DNA of 56,307 nucleotides, taken from contig JYFJ02002472.1 in assembly GCA_000934665.2 (NCBI GenBank), positions 1 through 56,307 of the forward strand, in the 5' to 3' direction. Made by a program: the position numbers and the translations under genes. Shown here in pieces: positions 1 to 11,900 of this stretch. The notes beneath the pieces are model-generated. The model did no database searches. It saw nothing but the letters and a program-made list of their open reading frames with translations, and was not told the origin of the DNA. This stretch comes from Catajapyx aquilonaris (lineage: Eukaryota). Numbering within the stretch: position 1 is the stretch's first letter; every line of letters begins with the position of its first letter.

Positions 1-2476
1 AGCACCTCCCGCAAAATGCCCCGTCAGGCGATAAGAGCGAGTGACAAGACCTAAGTATTCTAAGGCCATGGTCCAAGCATAGCCTTCTTAATTGGGACAT
101 GTGGATTTGAATAACCACCATACGAATACATAATATCTGGTCAACATTTACTAATCAACTTATCAACTAATCAACATTTACGATCGATATGCCTTCCGAA
201 ACCCGAAGTGTAACTCTTCAGGGAAATGCAAGGTTGTGTTATTAATCATCCTTTTTTACAAGCACTGCAGCAGTGTTGTTGCCCAAAGGTGACACACCTA
301 CTATTATGTGGTAGTATCGCTATGCAGACAAGACAGGTCCATATGCAAATCAGGGGCAGAGGCTACCAGATGAGTCAGACAAATCTTTCCAGGAACAGAT
401 CAAGTCCTCCCTGCACCGCCTAATTACATGGCATGAAAGCAATTAAATATCCACCTGCGAAACATACGCCAACTTCATACATTCAGGTTCATTTATCGCC
501 CCAATAAGTACAACTTCTAAAGAATCAGTAGTTCCCTGAATGCAGTTGTTCAATTTTCTCAGAATTGCATATGCTGGTTTAGCTGGTTTCACCCAAATTG
601 TGCTTGCATATTATATTGCATACAGTATACTAAGGTGCTTCTTAATGAACCTCTATGAGTTATGATAAATATTTTTACTCAATTTCTTCTGATACAGCAT
701 CAGGCTATAATAGCTTGTAATTACTTTGCTTGTAGGGCCTATCCTAATACCAGAATAATGTAGGAAGTGTAAGTCCCGTCTAAGGAATGCGACTCAAGCT
801 TCCTTCTTCTTTCAAGGTAAGATTTTTTTTTATATAGTAGATTGATAGGATTGGCCTAACCGAGCGCTCTTGTTGGAATGAGAGATATTTCCTGATTGGT
901 TTGCTCGACCTATGGGAGTACTGAACGACAGTCTGGGCTGAAAGAGGGGATGCTCTTGTCCTTTGGATCACCTTGAATTTTTGGCAAGGAAAAGGCAATA
1001 GAATGCTGCCCACAGCCTTTCACCAGCTCTTCTGTGCAAGGTCACCTCTTTAGGTTTTGTGACCTGTCGAGAGAGTAACGGTGTTTAATCGGAAACAAGA
1101 CCTTGTCATCTTCAGTTGGGCTTTTCTCAGACGTCAGAATGCTTTTAATGCCACTACAAGGAGTATAACATGGCCGCTTTTTTGTGACGTGAATGTGTTG
1201 ATATTTTTTGCCTTAGAATTATGTTGCAATGTAGTATGCTTAAAAGTTCTTTGTCCTCTTGTACCTTTCGCAGCATAACCTCGAACTTTTTTTCTTCTCT
1301 CTCTTTTCCAACTCGAAGAATTGCCATTGGCTGTGGCGGTTCTTGTACTGTTGCTGATGTTGTGACTGTGTGGATTAAGCTCAACCCCTGTGGAACGGAT
1401 CTAGGCCTATGTTATGATCAGCAAAATCAACAGGTTTTACAAACCTCCACCTGCAAATGCCAAGCTCCTACACACGATTATTTTGAAAAGGTTCCTGTCA
1501 CATCTCCGGGTTGCATTAAGTTATGCAAATCAACTTGCTATCTCCCTTATGGAATTGAAAACAAAATAATCAGAAGCGAAGAAATACCTAAATCTCCGAG
1601 AGGAAATGCGCATCTTACAATACTCTAGAAGGTACGTACTGTATGCCAATTTCATTTAAAAAGTAAAAACTTCTCCCTCCTACATTTTCTTCGTTGAAAC
1701 TTGGAAGTCAGTGCAAACGCCGCTTTACAAACTTTATTGTGTATCATTATTCAACACTCACTCACCTCTTTGCCCTATGTTATTGAAACAGCTTGCTTCA
1801 ATACCTGCAATCTTCATATCACTTGCAGGCACCTTTTTTGCAGCTGTCGGGCACATATCTTGCACGATTTATGCCCGTACTTATTATGCCTTCAACATGC
1901 AGAATGTGTGACCCACATAGTTGAGTAATTGAGACCTGGCAATATTTATTGACACACCCTTAGATCATTAATACCTTGGTGCACTAAAGGTAGGCCTCTT
2001 ATGCCCCACACTCTGCATATTGGGAGTATGCCCGCGAAAGTCGGTCGCAGAATTTGGGCATTGTTCGCATATGTACTGCTGGTTCGACCTTGTCTGATGT
2101 ACCGTCTGGTACTATGTATACTGAACTGAGACAGGTGAAAGGAGAGTGCATATGGCTCAGTATTCGAGCCTGTATAGTCGCAATGTAGAATGAACCCTAA
2201 TTTTTGGAGACTGCTTCCACATTGCATGGAATGTTAATAAGCACCTGCCCGTATTCATATTGCACAGCAGCAGTATGAAAGTGGGAAAGGAGGAGGAGGA
2301 AAAGAAAATGTTGGGAAGAAGGAAGTTGGAATTAAGATGGGGTGGGTGGGATGGTGGGTAATGTTCCCATGGGGTGCCCGAGTGAAAGATGATGAGATGG
2401 TGTTCCAAATTCGCAGATCAGAAGCAAGTGGTGAGCCCGGTGGCGTGCTTGAAGGTTCCGAAGCCGCGTGTGCTGG

Positions 2477-2766
2477 ATGCAGGAGCACGGGCTGTTCCCC
2501 GCGGCACACCATCAGGAGCCTGAAGCTCTGGTACGCGGGAGACAACAACACCATGGAGCTTCCAGACTCACTGTCAGGCATCCACCGCCGGTGCTGCAAC
2601 AGTACAATCAGCAACAACAGCAACAGCAAACACCGCAACAGCAGCAACATGTGCATCACAGCCACCAACCTCCTCTTCCCCGTTGTCCGCCTCCAGTGGT
2701 TTCAAGAGGAGATAGCACTTTTATGCACCGAATGCTCACCTACTTCACACATCACACTGACTGGAG
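2477..2766 (+). CDS. exp: Putative upstream first coding exon of the expansion-like gene (Q/H/P-rich N-terminal extension); exon probably starts at acceptor 2417
   Basis: Acceptor tcgcag|2417, in-frame stops upstream of ATG 2477, open frame MQEHGLFP...QQQQQQQTPQQQQH...MHRMLTYFTHHTDW, strong donor GAG|GTAAGT at 2766/2767. Phase 2 joins in frame to acceptor 30945, giving DW-S-CGPASIADMVSRR. Confidence 0.68.
2609..2648 (+). repeat. CAG/CAA poly-Gln (opa-like) repeat within the putative upstream exon
   Basis: cagcaacaacagcaacagcaaacaccgcaacagcagcaac. Confidence 0.8.
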
Positions 2767-4369
2767 GTAAGTGTCCTCTCACACGACACACTGACAGGTA
2801 CATAATGGGGGAGCAGTTTCACACAACCAGTACTTTCGACAGCATAATTATATCCGTGTAATTTCTGGAATCTCCACACTCTCAATTTGTACGCTGCTGT
2901 TTCATTTACGACGTTTATATCATTTTCTGGACTGGTCAGCGTGTTTTGGCTGACTCGAGCAAGCACTATTGACTTTTATTGCCAACTCATTTCACTTATT
3001 GTTATGGCAGGTCAGCGAAACCTTTTGTTGGGTGTAAGGATGTTCCGTAAATACTGCATTTAGATAATTATGCACTGGTTACTTGCAATATAGCGCCTGA
3101 TGGCAAAGTGGTCTTTAAGTGCTTATAAAAGCGCGGGTAATGAGCAGGGAACTGGTAGTGTGGGTAATGAAAGTGCCCGCTCGGCCAGGTATGAAGTAAA
3201 TGGTTGTGTAACGATGAGAGATGGTTTGGGAATGCCAAGCGAGCGTGATCATCCTTGGCCCTGCGGTGTACCTGTACGTGTGGGCCCCAAGGCCGAGCTG
3301 GGGTCCTGAATGTGAAATATGCTTAGTTATGGACAAAAGAGGCGGGCTCTGATGCTCCAGGCCCAGAGCGTTGGTGGCTCTGAACTTCACTTTCGCCGCC
3401 ACTCAACGGGAACATTAACTGTACGGTATATATGCTAATATGCTGCCTCCTTCGGCCTTGGTCCAGTAGCATCCTTGGCCTTCCAGTGGCCACTTTGCAG
3501 GTCTTCATCCACCGATAAAAATACGGAGCCAAAATGCCAGTGCACATTACAGCAGAATGAGTAGTGACGTGTTGAATGGGAGCTGCTGGCCATCCCCGTA
3601 ACAACAGAGCTAGATTCACACGATTTCTCTCCTGGCAGTCTCCCTTGCTAAGAGAGAGAAACCTATCTTTTGTTGTTGTCGTAAGGTGCCTTTATTCCGG
3701 AGTACTGTGCGGAGAACCTCCTCTGACATAACCTGATAAGTGCATCTCCATGCTCTTCTTCCTCTTCCTTGGGAAAACTCTGCTTCTGGTGCCGCCCCAT
3801 CCGTTTACTTAACTAGATTTCTTACCGCCATTTATGGCTGCTTATAATAATGGCTCTCGATCATGAGTAACGCAACTAACCATTGGCCATTTCGAAATGT
3901 TATTTGAACCGATAAGGATAACATGCGTTATGGGCTTTGATTATAGGAAGTAGGGGAGAAACTAGCTTTTTCTTCCGCCTGATGTCAAGAGGTGAAGTGG
4001 GTATGGGTGGAATAGATTAGCCGATGTATGTAAAGTGCGCCCGATGGAACGTGGACAAATGTTGGCCGTGTCCAGGAAGAAATTCAGGGTGTGGCACCCC
4101 TGGGTCCACGGACGCAGCCTTGACCAACGACCCTTTCTGGGAGATGGATTGAACAGTATAGGGTGGGGCCAAAATATTTCTTTTAAAAGTTATTTGCAGC
4201 ATGACCGGATTGCTTTGGTGCAGCTCAAGACCCATTTGGTTGGGATAGAGTGGTCTTCCTGGAAGATCTTCCCACGCTCCATCTTTTTTTCTTCCCGAAG
4301 TTGAAGTAACTCGTGGCGAATTCTTCCTCCCCGCCCATCCCTCCCCCTTCTGGTCATGTCCGCCCGATT

Positions 4370-4446
4370 ATGCAGACCTTGTTTGTAAACTACCTGAGGC
4401 TGCGTCTCCTGTTCCTATCCCTGCTGCCGCATCGTTACGAAAGGAG
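4370..4446 (+). CDS. Candidate alternative first coding exon of the expansion-like gene (MQTLFVNYLRLRLLFLSLLPHRYER-S)
   Basis: ATG 4370, open for 25 codons, ends AG|GTCAGT in phase 2, compatible with acceptor 30945. Confidence 0.38.
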
Positions 4447-7422
4447 GTCAGTGTCCCCTCTTTTTTACCATGCTGTGCAGTAATATGCTGCAGTTTTGTT
4501 AATCATGGTTTGAGTCGTAAAATGAAAAATCATTACGGCTAGACATGGCGGAAAAGAGTCATTTTTTATTGGCCGGTGCGAAGGTCGCTGTCGTGACGGT
4601 CACTTTTGGGCGGACGCGGCTTTTCTTGGAGCTAATTGCACTTTTTCGGGTGGTACGGCGCGCATGTGACTGAGAAATCTAGCTGGCTGATTAATGTAAA
4701 AATGTGTGTAGCCGTGGGAAGTAGAGGTGGTAAAAAGGGGAAGAGCAACAAGGACGGAGAAGGAAGAGTATTACCAAGAGCTCTTGGTATTACTAGTCTA
4801 CCTGTGCGAGCCAAGCGTGGTAACCCCTGGTAAAGGTCAACTGGGTGAGTTGAGTGTCCTGCAAAGTCGTGTATATGTTGCCGGCCACGCGCAGACGAGT
4901 AATACACCCATAAGCTCGTCAGCTTCCGTGCAGCATGTTAACATATCTGGCTTTCTCCTGGGAAACAAGGGCTTCTCTTCAACTGCTGCCCTCCAGCTGA
5001 CCATCAGCTAGGGGTCGTCAAACTGATGTAACTTCAACAAGCCCGAGCCAGATTTCATGGGTGGTTATGGGTCACACGAGGGGTCGACTTGTGCGCTTGC
5101 TAATATTGAGGATGCTGGCTAATAAGTAGGCAGAGGATGGGGCAACATCAGCAGGAAGCTTAATAGACTTCACGAGGAGGTCATGTACAGCCAGGTAGCC
5201 CCTCTGGTCAAATGAGCAGCTGGTTTTGCATGCTAATTGAGGGGTGTCCACGCCCTCCTTATATTCTTGGATAAATGTGGCGGATAAAATGGCGAGACTT
5301 CTTCATGCTTATTAGGCACAATGGCGGGCGAAAGTGAACCGTTTTTCCAATGGTGGGGGGGCCTAAGATTGTCTCTGTCTTGCCCTTGCTGGAACACCTT
5401 TTTTTGTCCTGCGTCATGTCGGTGTACGTACGGCACGAGGGCGATGGCGAATTTACCAGGCGTGACACAACTGGCACGATCTGTCAGCCTTGTGGACGTA
5501 CGTGAGAATTGACCTTATTCCTAAATTTACTCTGACATCAGGTGGGCGTTTCACCAACAATGCTGGGTTGGTATTACCTCTTGGTATTACGTAACATGTG
5601 CGGTACTGATCTAATTTTATTCCTGGGTGAAAGTTGATTTTTTGCAGTTTTGGTCAATGCGTAGGATGCGACAATGCTCCACATTTGATTGATCAGTGGG
5701 CGCAGAGTCAGAGGGCAATGGAAGGGTTTGTGTGTTCGTTTGGATACAGGCTTTTTCCATTCTTGTTACTAAGAGGAAGTTTGTGATTTATGGCCTTTCA
5801 TGAGTTGCTGGTAAGGAGTACTCACAGTTAATGGTATGCTACAACACATCAGAATCGACGAATTATTTTGCAATATACCTCGTACAGTACATTGATACAG
5901 CACAATAATTATAGGATTTACTAAATATTTTGTCTATGTCGCATTCTTGGCTTTATCAGACTTTTAGCATTGTGTTTTCAGTGCCGGTAGCTGTGGTACT
6001 GTATGTAATGAGCTGCATTGTCACCAGCGCGGCGGGTTTACGAGAGTTGTCTGGCCAGCAAGTTTACCATTCAGAATTTTAGTCATTCAGGAGGCATTCG
6101 GTGCCTTGGCAAATGAGCTGCAGCGTGCCTCGCTGCAACCAGAATTACGTGACTCGGCATGGGAGGCCATAGATGCTGCGTGACATGTTGGGTAACTTAC
6201 TTGACTACACGATGTTTCAGTGAGGATGATGGTCGTCTTGTGCACATGGAAGTGCGTGTTTTTTTTTGCGGAAGGGTCAGGTTTACTTGTACAACAGGTA
6301 CCGGTATCCATGCAGGGTAGGCGTATAGGACCACGAATTTGCAGGATCTAATTCTTTTGTGTTCCCCATCTGGATTGTGAAGGACAAAGTACTCCCCTGT
6401 ACATTTAGTACGCCACATTTCATGGCATTGGTGTCCTTTGGTGTCGCATTACGTATGAAGCAAGAACGATTGTTCTCTAGCAAATATGTTGGGAGAAGGA
6501 AAATGCAGGCTGTACTCTAGGACAAATTAAATTGCAAGTAATCGAGTGTGCCAAATACTGTGACTGTATACAGTACGTACGCTTTGTATTTAATTTTTTT
6601 GTTTTTCTTGTAAGCAGCTATACATTTCCCATATTCATGTGTTTCTTTGAAGAATAATATATGAAGCTGATTACAATGACTATTGCCTCCGTTTTGTAAT
6701 GGAATGGTTTTGGATTATGAAAACATTAAAAAATAAGCACCGTTATTGGATTGAACAACTCAAGGGTTAGCATTTCCTGTTAGAATAACAATGACACAAT
6801 AAGCATTCTACTAGCGCGGTCGGTGCAGCGGTAGCATTCAGTTTGTCCCAAGCTTCTTCAAGATCATGATAAGTGCATATGACAAGCATCTGTGCTTGTA
6901 CAACAGGTGCTCAACGGTTCTCAGACTAACAATGGCAATATCGGTCCCGTCCGTCTCTCTGAACAGGTATGCTGTCCCATCCCCTGAATATACCCTGCAT
7001 AACAACGATGAAGAGTCTTGTTGGCAGCCATCACATTTTCCGACGCAACTCCCCCGGAATTACCTGGTAGCATAGGTCAGGGATAAAATATGCGAGGCAT
7101 CCCCCATCGGAAGGTGCGAAAATGAACGTATTGTTAAACGGCTGCCTTTGATGATCCATTGTCAGGCTGAGTGGCAGACTCCGAGGGGGGCAATTGTCTT
7201 AGGGGCCTGGGCACCACGTAAGATAAGCTGCGCGGTTGATGATCCTGCACCGCATGTGACGAACCAGTGTCAGAACTATTTGCGTCGGGTCGCGTGCTTT
7301 TGTGGTGGGCAGGGCCTCGGGGGCCGTTAGGCGTATGCAAATCAGGCTGAGAGGTGAGTAATGTCCCAACCAGATAAGCCAACGTCGCCTACACGGAAGC
7401 GTCGGCTACGTCCAAGAAAGAA

Positions 7423-7448
7423 CCCCCCCCCNCCCCCCCCCCCACCCC
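7423..7448. repeat. poly-C run containing an N at 7432 (probable assembly join)
   Basis: Direct observation. Confidence 0.85.
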
Positions 7449-8857
7449 ATCTTCCTCCTCCTGAACCTCCGGCATCTTCCTTCCTACTCTTGGGCAGGTC
7501 CACATTCCTCCTGCTGCCGGCATCCCTCCTGCTGGGGGTAGTAGGTGGGTGAGAGAGAGACGGCCGGCCGGGCACTGCCACTGCCACTGACACTTGCGCC
7601 GAGGCGTTGAACCTATTCTCAGGGCATTTCAGCCTCTGCCAAGTGCTTTGCATAATCGGCTCTCTTCAAGGGCGACGCCTCACCTCCTCAGCCAGAGGTG
7701 GATTTGCAGCAAGCGCGTGCTTCTTACATCATAGCTCGCTGCCTATTATATTCCTTGGCCTAATTTTAGTGTACTAATGTCAATGGCGTGGTAGGTAGGA
7801 CCCGGCGGGATGTAAAGTGGCCTTTTGTGCCATTATATTAAACTGGTTGAAGAGTTGGCCCTAGGTGGTCTTTTGCATTTTTGCGGGATCCCCGTGGGGG
7901 TAAGATTAGGTTGCGATAATTATACCAATTGAAAAGGAGACGCCGGAAAGGCTGCGCCTCGTATGTAATTTCAATAATTACTTTTGCACATGCTACTGGC
8001 TAGAGCATTTTAAACACTGATCTTATTACTGGTGCGGTGTATTAATTAATTTAAGTGCGGTCCATGACTTCTGATGAAAACACAGCCGAGAACAACAGCC
8101 TTGAGACAGGATCTCACGGTTACGGAAACCGGCGAATGAAAGCGTGAGATCAGATCTGAAATTTGCCGTGACATCACAAGACAACACAATCTAATTTGTT
8201 GTTGTTATACGTGTGCAGTCGATCGATTCTCTTGAGAACTTGAACCAATAACTTTCATCGGACATCAGATTGTAGATCTGCGCTTGTATCCTAGGTAGAT
8301 ATGCAACACCTTATACACCAAGGTATAAAACCCTGCCGCATCGGTTTAGAGCACAAAAATGTTGCGAACATGTGAGAGTAACTATATTTTGTGAATATTT
8401 AGGTTTATACTCATGACGAATGTCCCTATAACTTCTAAAGACAAACTCCACTGAGTTTATGGTGAACTTTCCCGTGAACTATACGAGTTTTTTTCCGGGA
8501 GGGAAATCCACCACCGAATAACTGCTCAGAAGTTGGATTGCCCTTGCATTGCAAATCACAAACTCGAGCATGCCCACAATATAAATGTAATACATTTTCT
8601 GAATTACCCTGTACATATAGATTTCTCAGCAGTTGTATATTGAATACCTACATGCGTTTGTTTTGGCGACAACATTATTGTCAGTATAATTCCCTATTCG
8701 AATCTATTTATTTTGGTTATTTTTGCCAATCTTCAACCAGATTCTTTTTAATGAGCTAATGCCATAAGCCAAGCGATGCTTTTTAGCTGAGCATTTACCA
8801 ATAGGGCCTACAGATCAGTGAGCATAAAATGGACTGACCATTACTACTGTAGTAGGC

Positions 8858-8904
8858 TATACTGTACACTGTACAGTATACTGTGAATGTACTGTACAGT
8901 ATAC
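8858..8904. repeat. Self-complementary TACTGTACAGTA-type low-complexity repeat
   Basis: TATACTGTAC-act-GTACAGTATA hairpin followed by a further tactgtacagtatac copy. Confidence 0.6.
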
Positions 8905-11900
8905 CGATATCAGGCATAACGTAAGCTGTACTTATATCAATATCACGTGTTCATAGTTGTGCTGGCATCCGTAAAAGTCTCCCGGACGCGCATTTTCCCT
9001 TGCTCCTGTATCGCCTAATCATTAAATATACTTTCCAACAGATTCAATTATTCCACATCACAAGTGACATGATTATCAAGGACAAGCCCCAGCGAAATTT
9101 TCGCCATTACGAATATGAGCTCAATTCTGAAGCACATGTTGCATTGAATAATTGTCGCTTTTACATGATAGTACTGGATAGTTAACATCACTTCATAAAG
9201 CTCGATTTTTTTTACAATAATGTTCGCTCAGAATTTACAATGCTGTTTCATAATTGGAAATTCCTAGGTTCTCTAAAAGTAATAAAATATAATTATTATT
9301 TTGAGCCTTCTAAGTGGCGTGTTTTATACGAGTGAAACACTAACGAAGAAGGGTAAAATGCACTGAAGGCATTAGGACCTGATATAGCATAAAATATGGG
9401 GGGTGTTGCAGAATAGCATGATAGATGCAGTAAATTACATCGCAGAAACGATAACGCGAACACATGAGCAGCAGCCATATAATTTTTCATTAGAGCAAGT
9501 GTATACCTTCCTTGCCGCCAACGTCTCGCTGGATTTCCACATATTCCTTGCCAATTCAATATTTTTTATTCCCACCATGGGTTCTCACTTCCCCGTCGTT
9601 CGCAATTAATGTCAACTCTCAACTTTTCATTAGTTACCTCTGCAAGACTTCCTCCGAGCACATTTGTCACGCATGCCATTTGATGCATAACGCTCCACTC
9701 AACTTGGCAGATGTCTGGTTTGAAGTATCCGCAAAAAAAGAGGGGGTAGATGGGTAGTTATGCACCAGGGAAAGGGGCGGACGTCCGGGACCTGAACTTG
9801 TACCTGGTGCTTCCAGTCGTTGACGGCCGCAGTGCTCAGAGATGTGCAATCAGTTGTTGCGATTATGGCATTCCCCGAAGGCGTTGACCTGGAGGCCGAT
9901 GGACCAGGCTATCACTGACCGTTTACAACATGGAAGCAGCTAGTGCGCTCACTCGTCCTTTTGGAGTGAAGGAGGCAGGAAACGGAGCCTGTTACGCCTT
10001 GCATTTTAATTCTGGATGGACAGCAAGAAACCTCTGAGGGAATTTTGCTGGATGGGTATATAATACCCCCTTAGGGTGATCATGTCCAATTTTTTTATGT
10101 GGGGCTCAAGGCAGGAAATTCCACCTTGGACGTACACCAGTCCGAGCCCTAATTGCAACCGGTGTCACCACGGGCGATGGTGACCGGATATGATGCCTAT
10201 AGCTTATTGCCTTATGGTGGGTATTTAATTATTGTTTGCTCCGTTGACATGTATCGTGGTCGTGATTAAAGTGGCCTCATTTGAGTCAATGACTGACACG
10301 TTCGGACCAGTAGTACTATAGGCCTATTAGGTCGAAACCTTGCCCACAGAGCGGTCACGACTGCACAGGCAACAATAAAAATTTTAAAAGGTGACGGAGC
10401 AGTTGGGTTGGGTGATTATGGAGCAATTTTGTTCATTGGCATGCACTCTGGTTTCCGGGGTAGCATCATTAATGGCAGCAGAGCTGGCTTTTTCTTATTT
10501 TCTACGCGGTAGTATAAGTACGTGTATTTTTGTTTGACTCCTCTGAAGTACCTGTTATGATTAAGCGTAAAATCACGATCAGGTTTGCCTTGTGTTACTT
10601 TTTTTCTATTGTGGGCCGCATCGTAATCTTCATTCAAAAAGACCTCACCTGCTGCATTGCGATAACACTATATGTCTTTGAAGGTTTATTCGGAAACTCC
10701 TGTGTGTGGGCATCATGTATGCAAATACGTGTCATTTTACCATTTTAGTTAACTCGAGCACGAGTGGCCTTACCCATGAATACTAGTTCTGAGTGATTTC
10801 TTTATTGAGGTTTTTATACAAGGCAGGGCAAGTGCCTTGCAGACATTCACTTTTGCCTGCTGTGAAGTAGGCTAGATTAACTGACTAGCATTCAGGATAT
10901 ACATAGTAAAAGGCAGAATTTGTCTTAAGAAAAAAAACTGTTGCTCCATTCAGGTACCAAAATAGCGTGACACAAGCTGTGCATGATGGTGCTACTTTTG
11001 CAGGAATTGCACTGTATTGGTGTGGATATTGGAGGTCTCCGGAACACAATTTGTGTGCATACACAACAGGTATGGGGTCTTGTAATTTGGCCAAGATATT
11101 ACATATTGTAAGCGGAAGACCTCACGTGGGGAGGTATAGAGAGGTGGCCAAGACTCTCCGAGAGTATTTGTCGGGGCCATCGAGGTCAGGCATTGCCCCT
11201 CGGCCCATACTGCAGGAAATTTTCCCTCCGGAGGCCTAGGCCAAAAAATCCATCTCATATCTTCATCATCGCCCGGCGCCATTGGCCTCGCCGCGGGAAC
11301 ACAGAGATTTCAATGCGACTCCACCAAAATAAATTACGCTTGCTTTCCCGAGGTCAGCATTGTTGCCCCTGCAAAATGATCGCCGTCTCTAAGATGCAAC
11401 CCTCACGTCGTAACCCTATGCATCAACTCTTGGCATGCATACGTTTGCGGCGGAAATTAAATTTGCACTTCAATGGAGGTTCCATTTACTCATCTTACTT
11501 TATGAGTTTACGTGGAGGTATTTCTATGAGAGCATTTGTCACTGATTCTCCCCAAGTGGGTGGTACTGCCTGCATTACCCCATTGCGTAGGATGAACAAT
11601 GAATAATTTATTTAGGAACCCTAATAAATAATATCCATTTTAGTACCTCCTCTTGTCATGATGTAGAATCTTCTGGGTTTTTTTGGTCTCAGACTTTGAA
11701 ATAGCTTGCTGTAAATACATATTTACATGACTGGCGGATTAGTACGTCGTGAAGATTAATAGCTGAGTATTTGGATGAGTCTGATTAGCATTGTGGAGAC
11801 TGGTGCACCTGGTTTTATGTTTGGACGTGCTCCGTTTTTGCATTTGGGAAGGGTTGGGACAGGCCTCTTGTGTTATCCTGAAAGTGGCCAGCATTTGTGC

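Noticed and set aside
2255..2861. Overlapping ORFs 2255..2668 (-) and 2337..2861 (+)
   Set aside because: Shadows of the CAG/CAA repeat exon; only the 2477 frame fits the donor phase.
6814..6870. tRNA/SINE-head-like GCGCGGTCGGTGCAGCGGTAGCATT
   Set aside because: A-box/D-arm resemblance only; no GTTCRA B-box, anticodon stem or acceptor stem downstream.
7335..7359. Strong donor GAG|GTGAGT with a nearby ATG
   Set aside because: The ATG is phase 1 (out of frame with 30945) and the phase-2 frame has TAG at 7328-7330; at most a non-coding leader.
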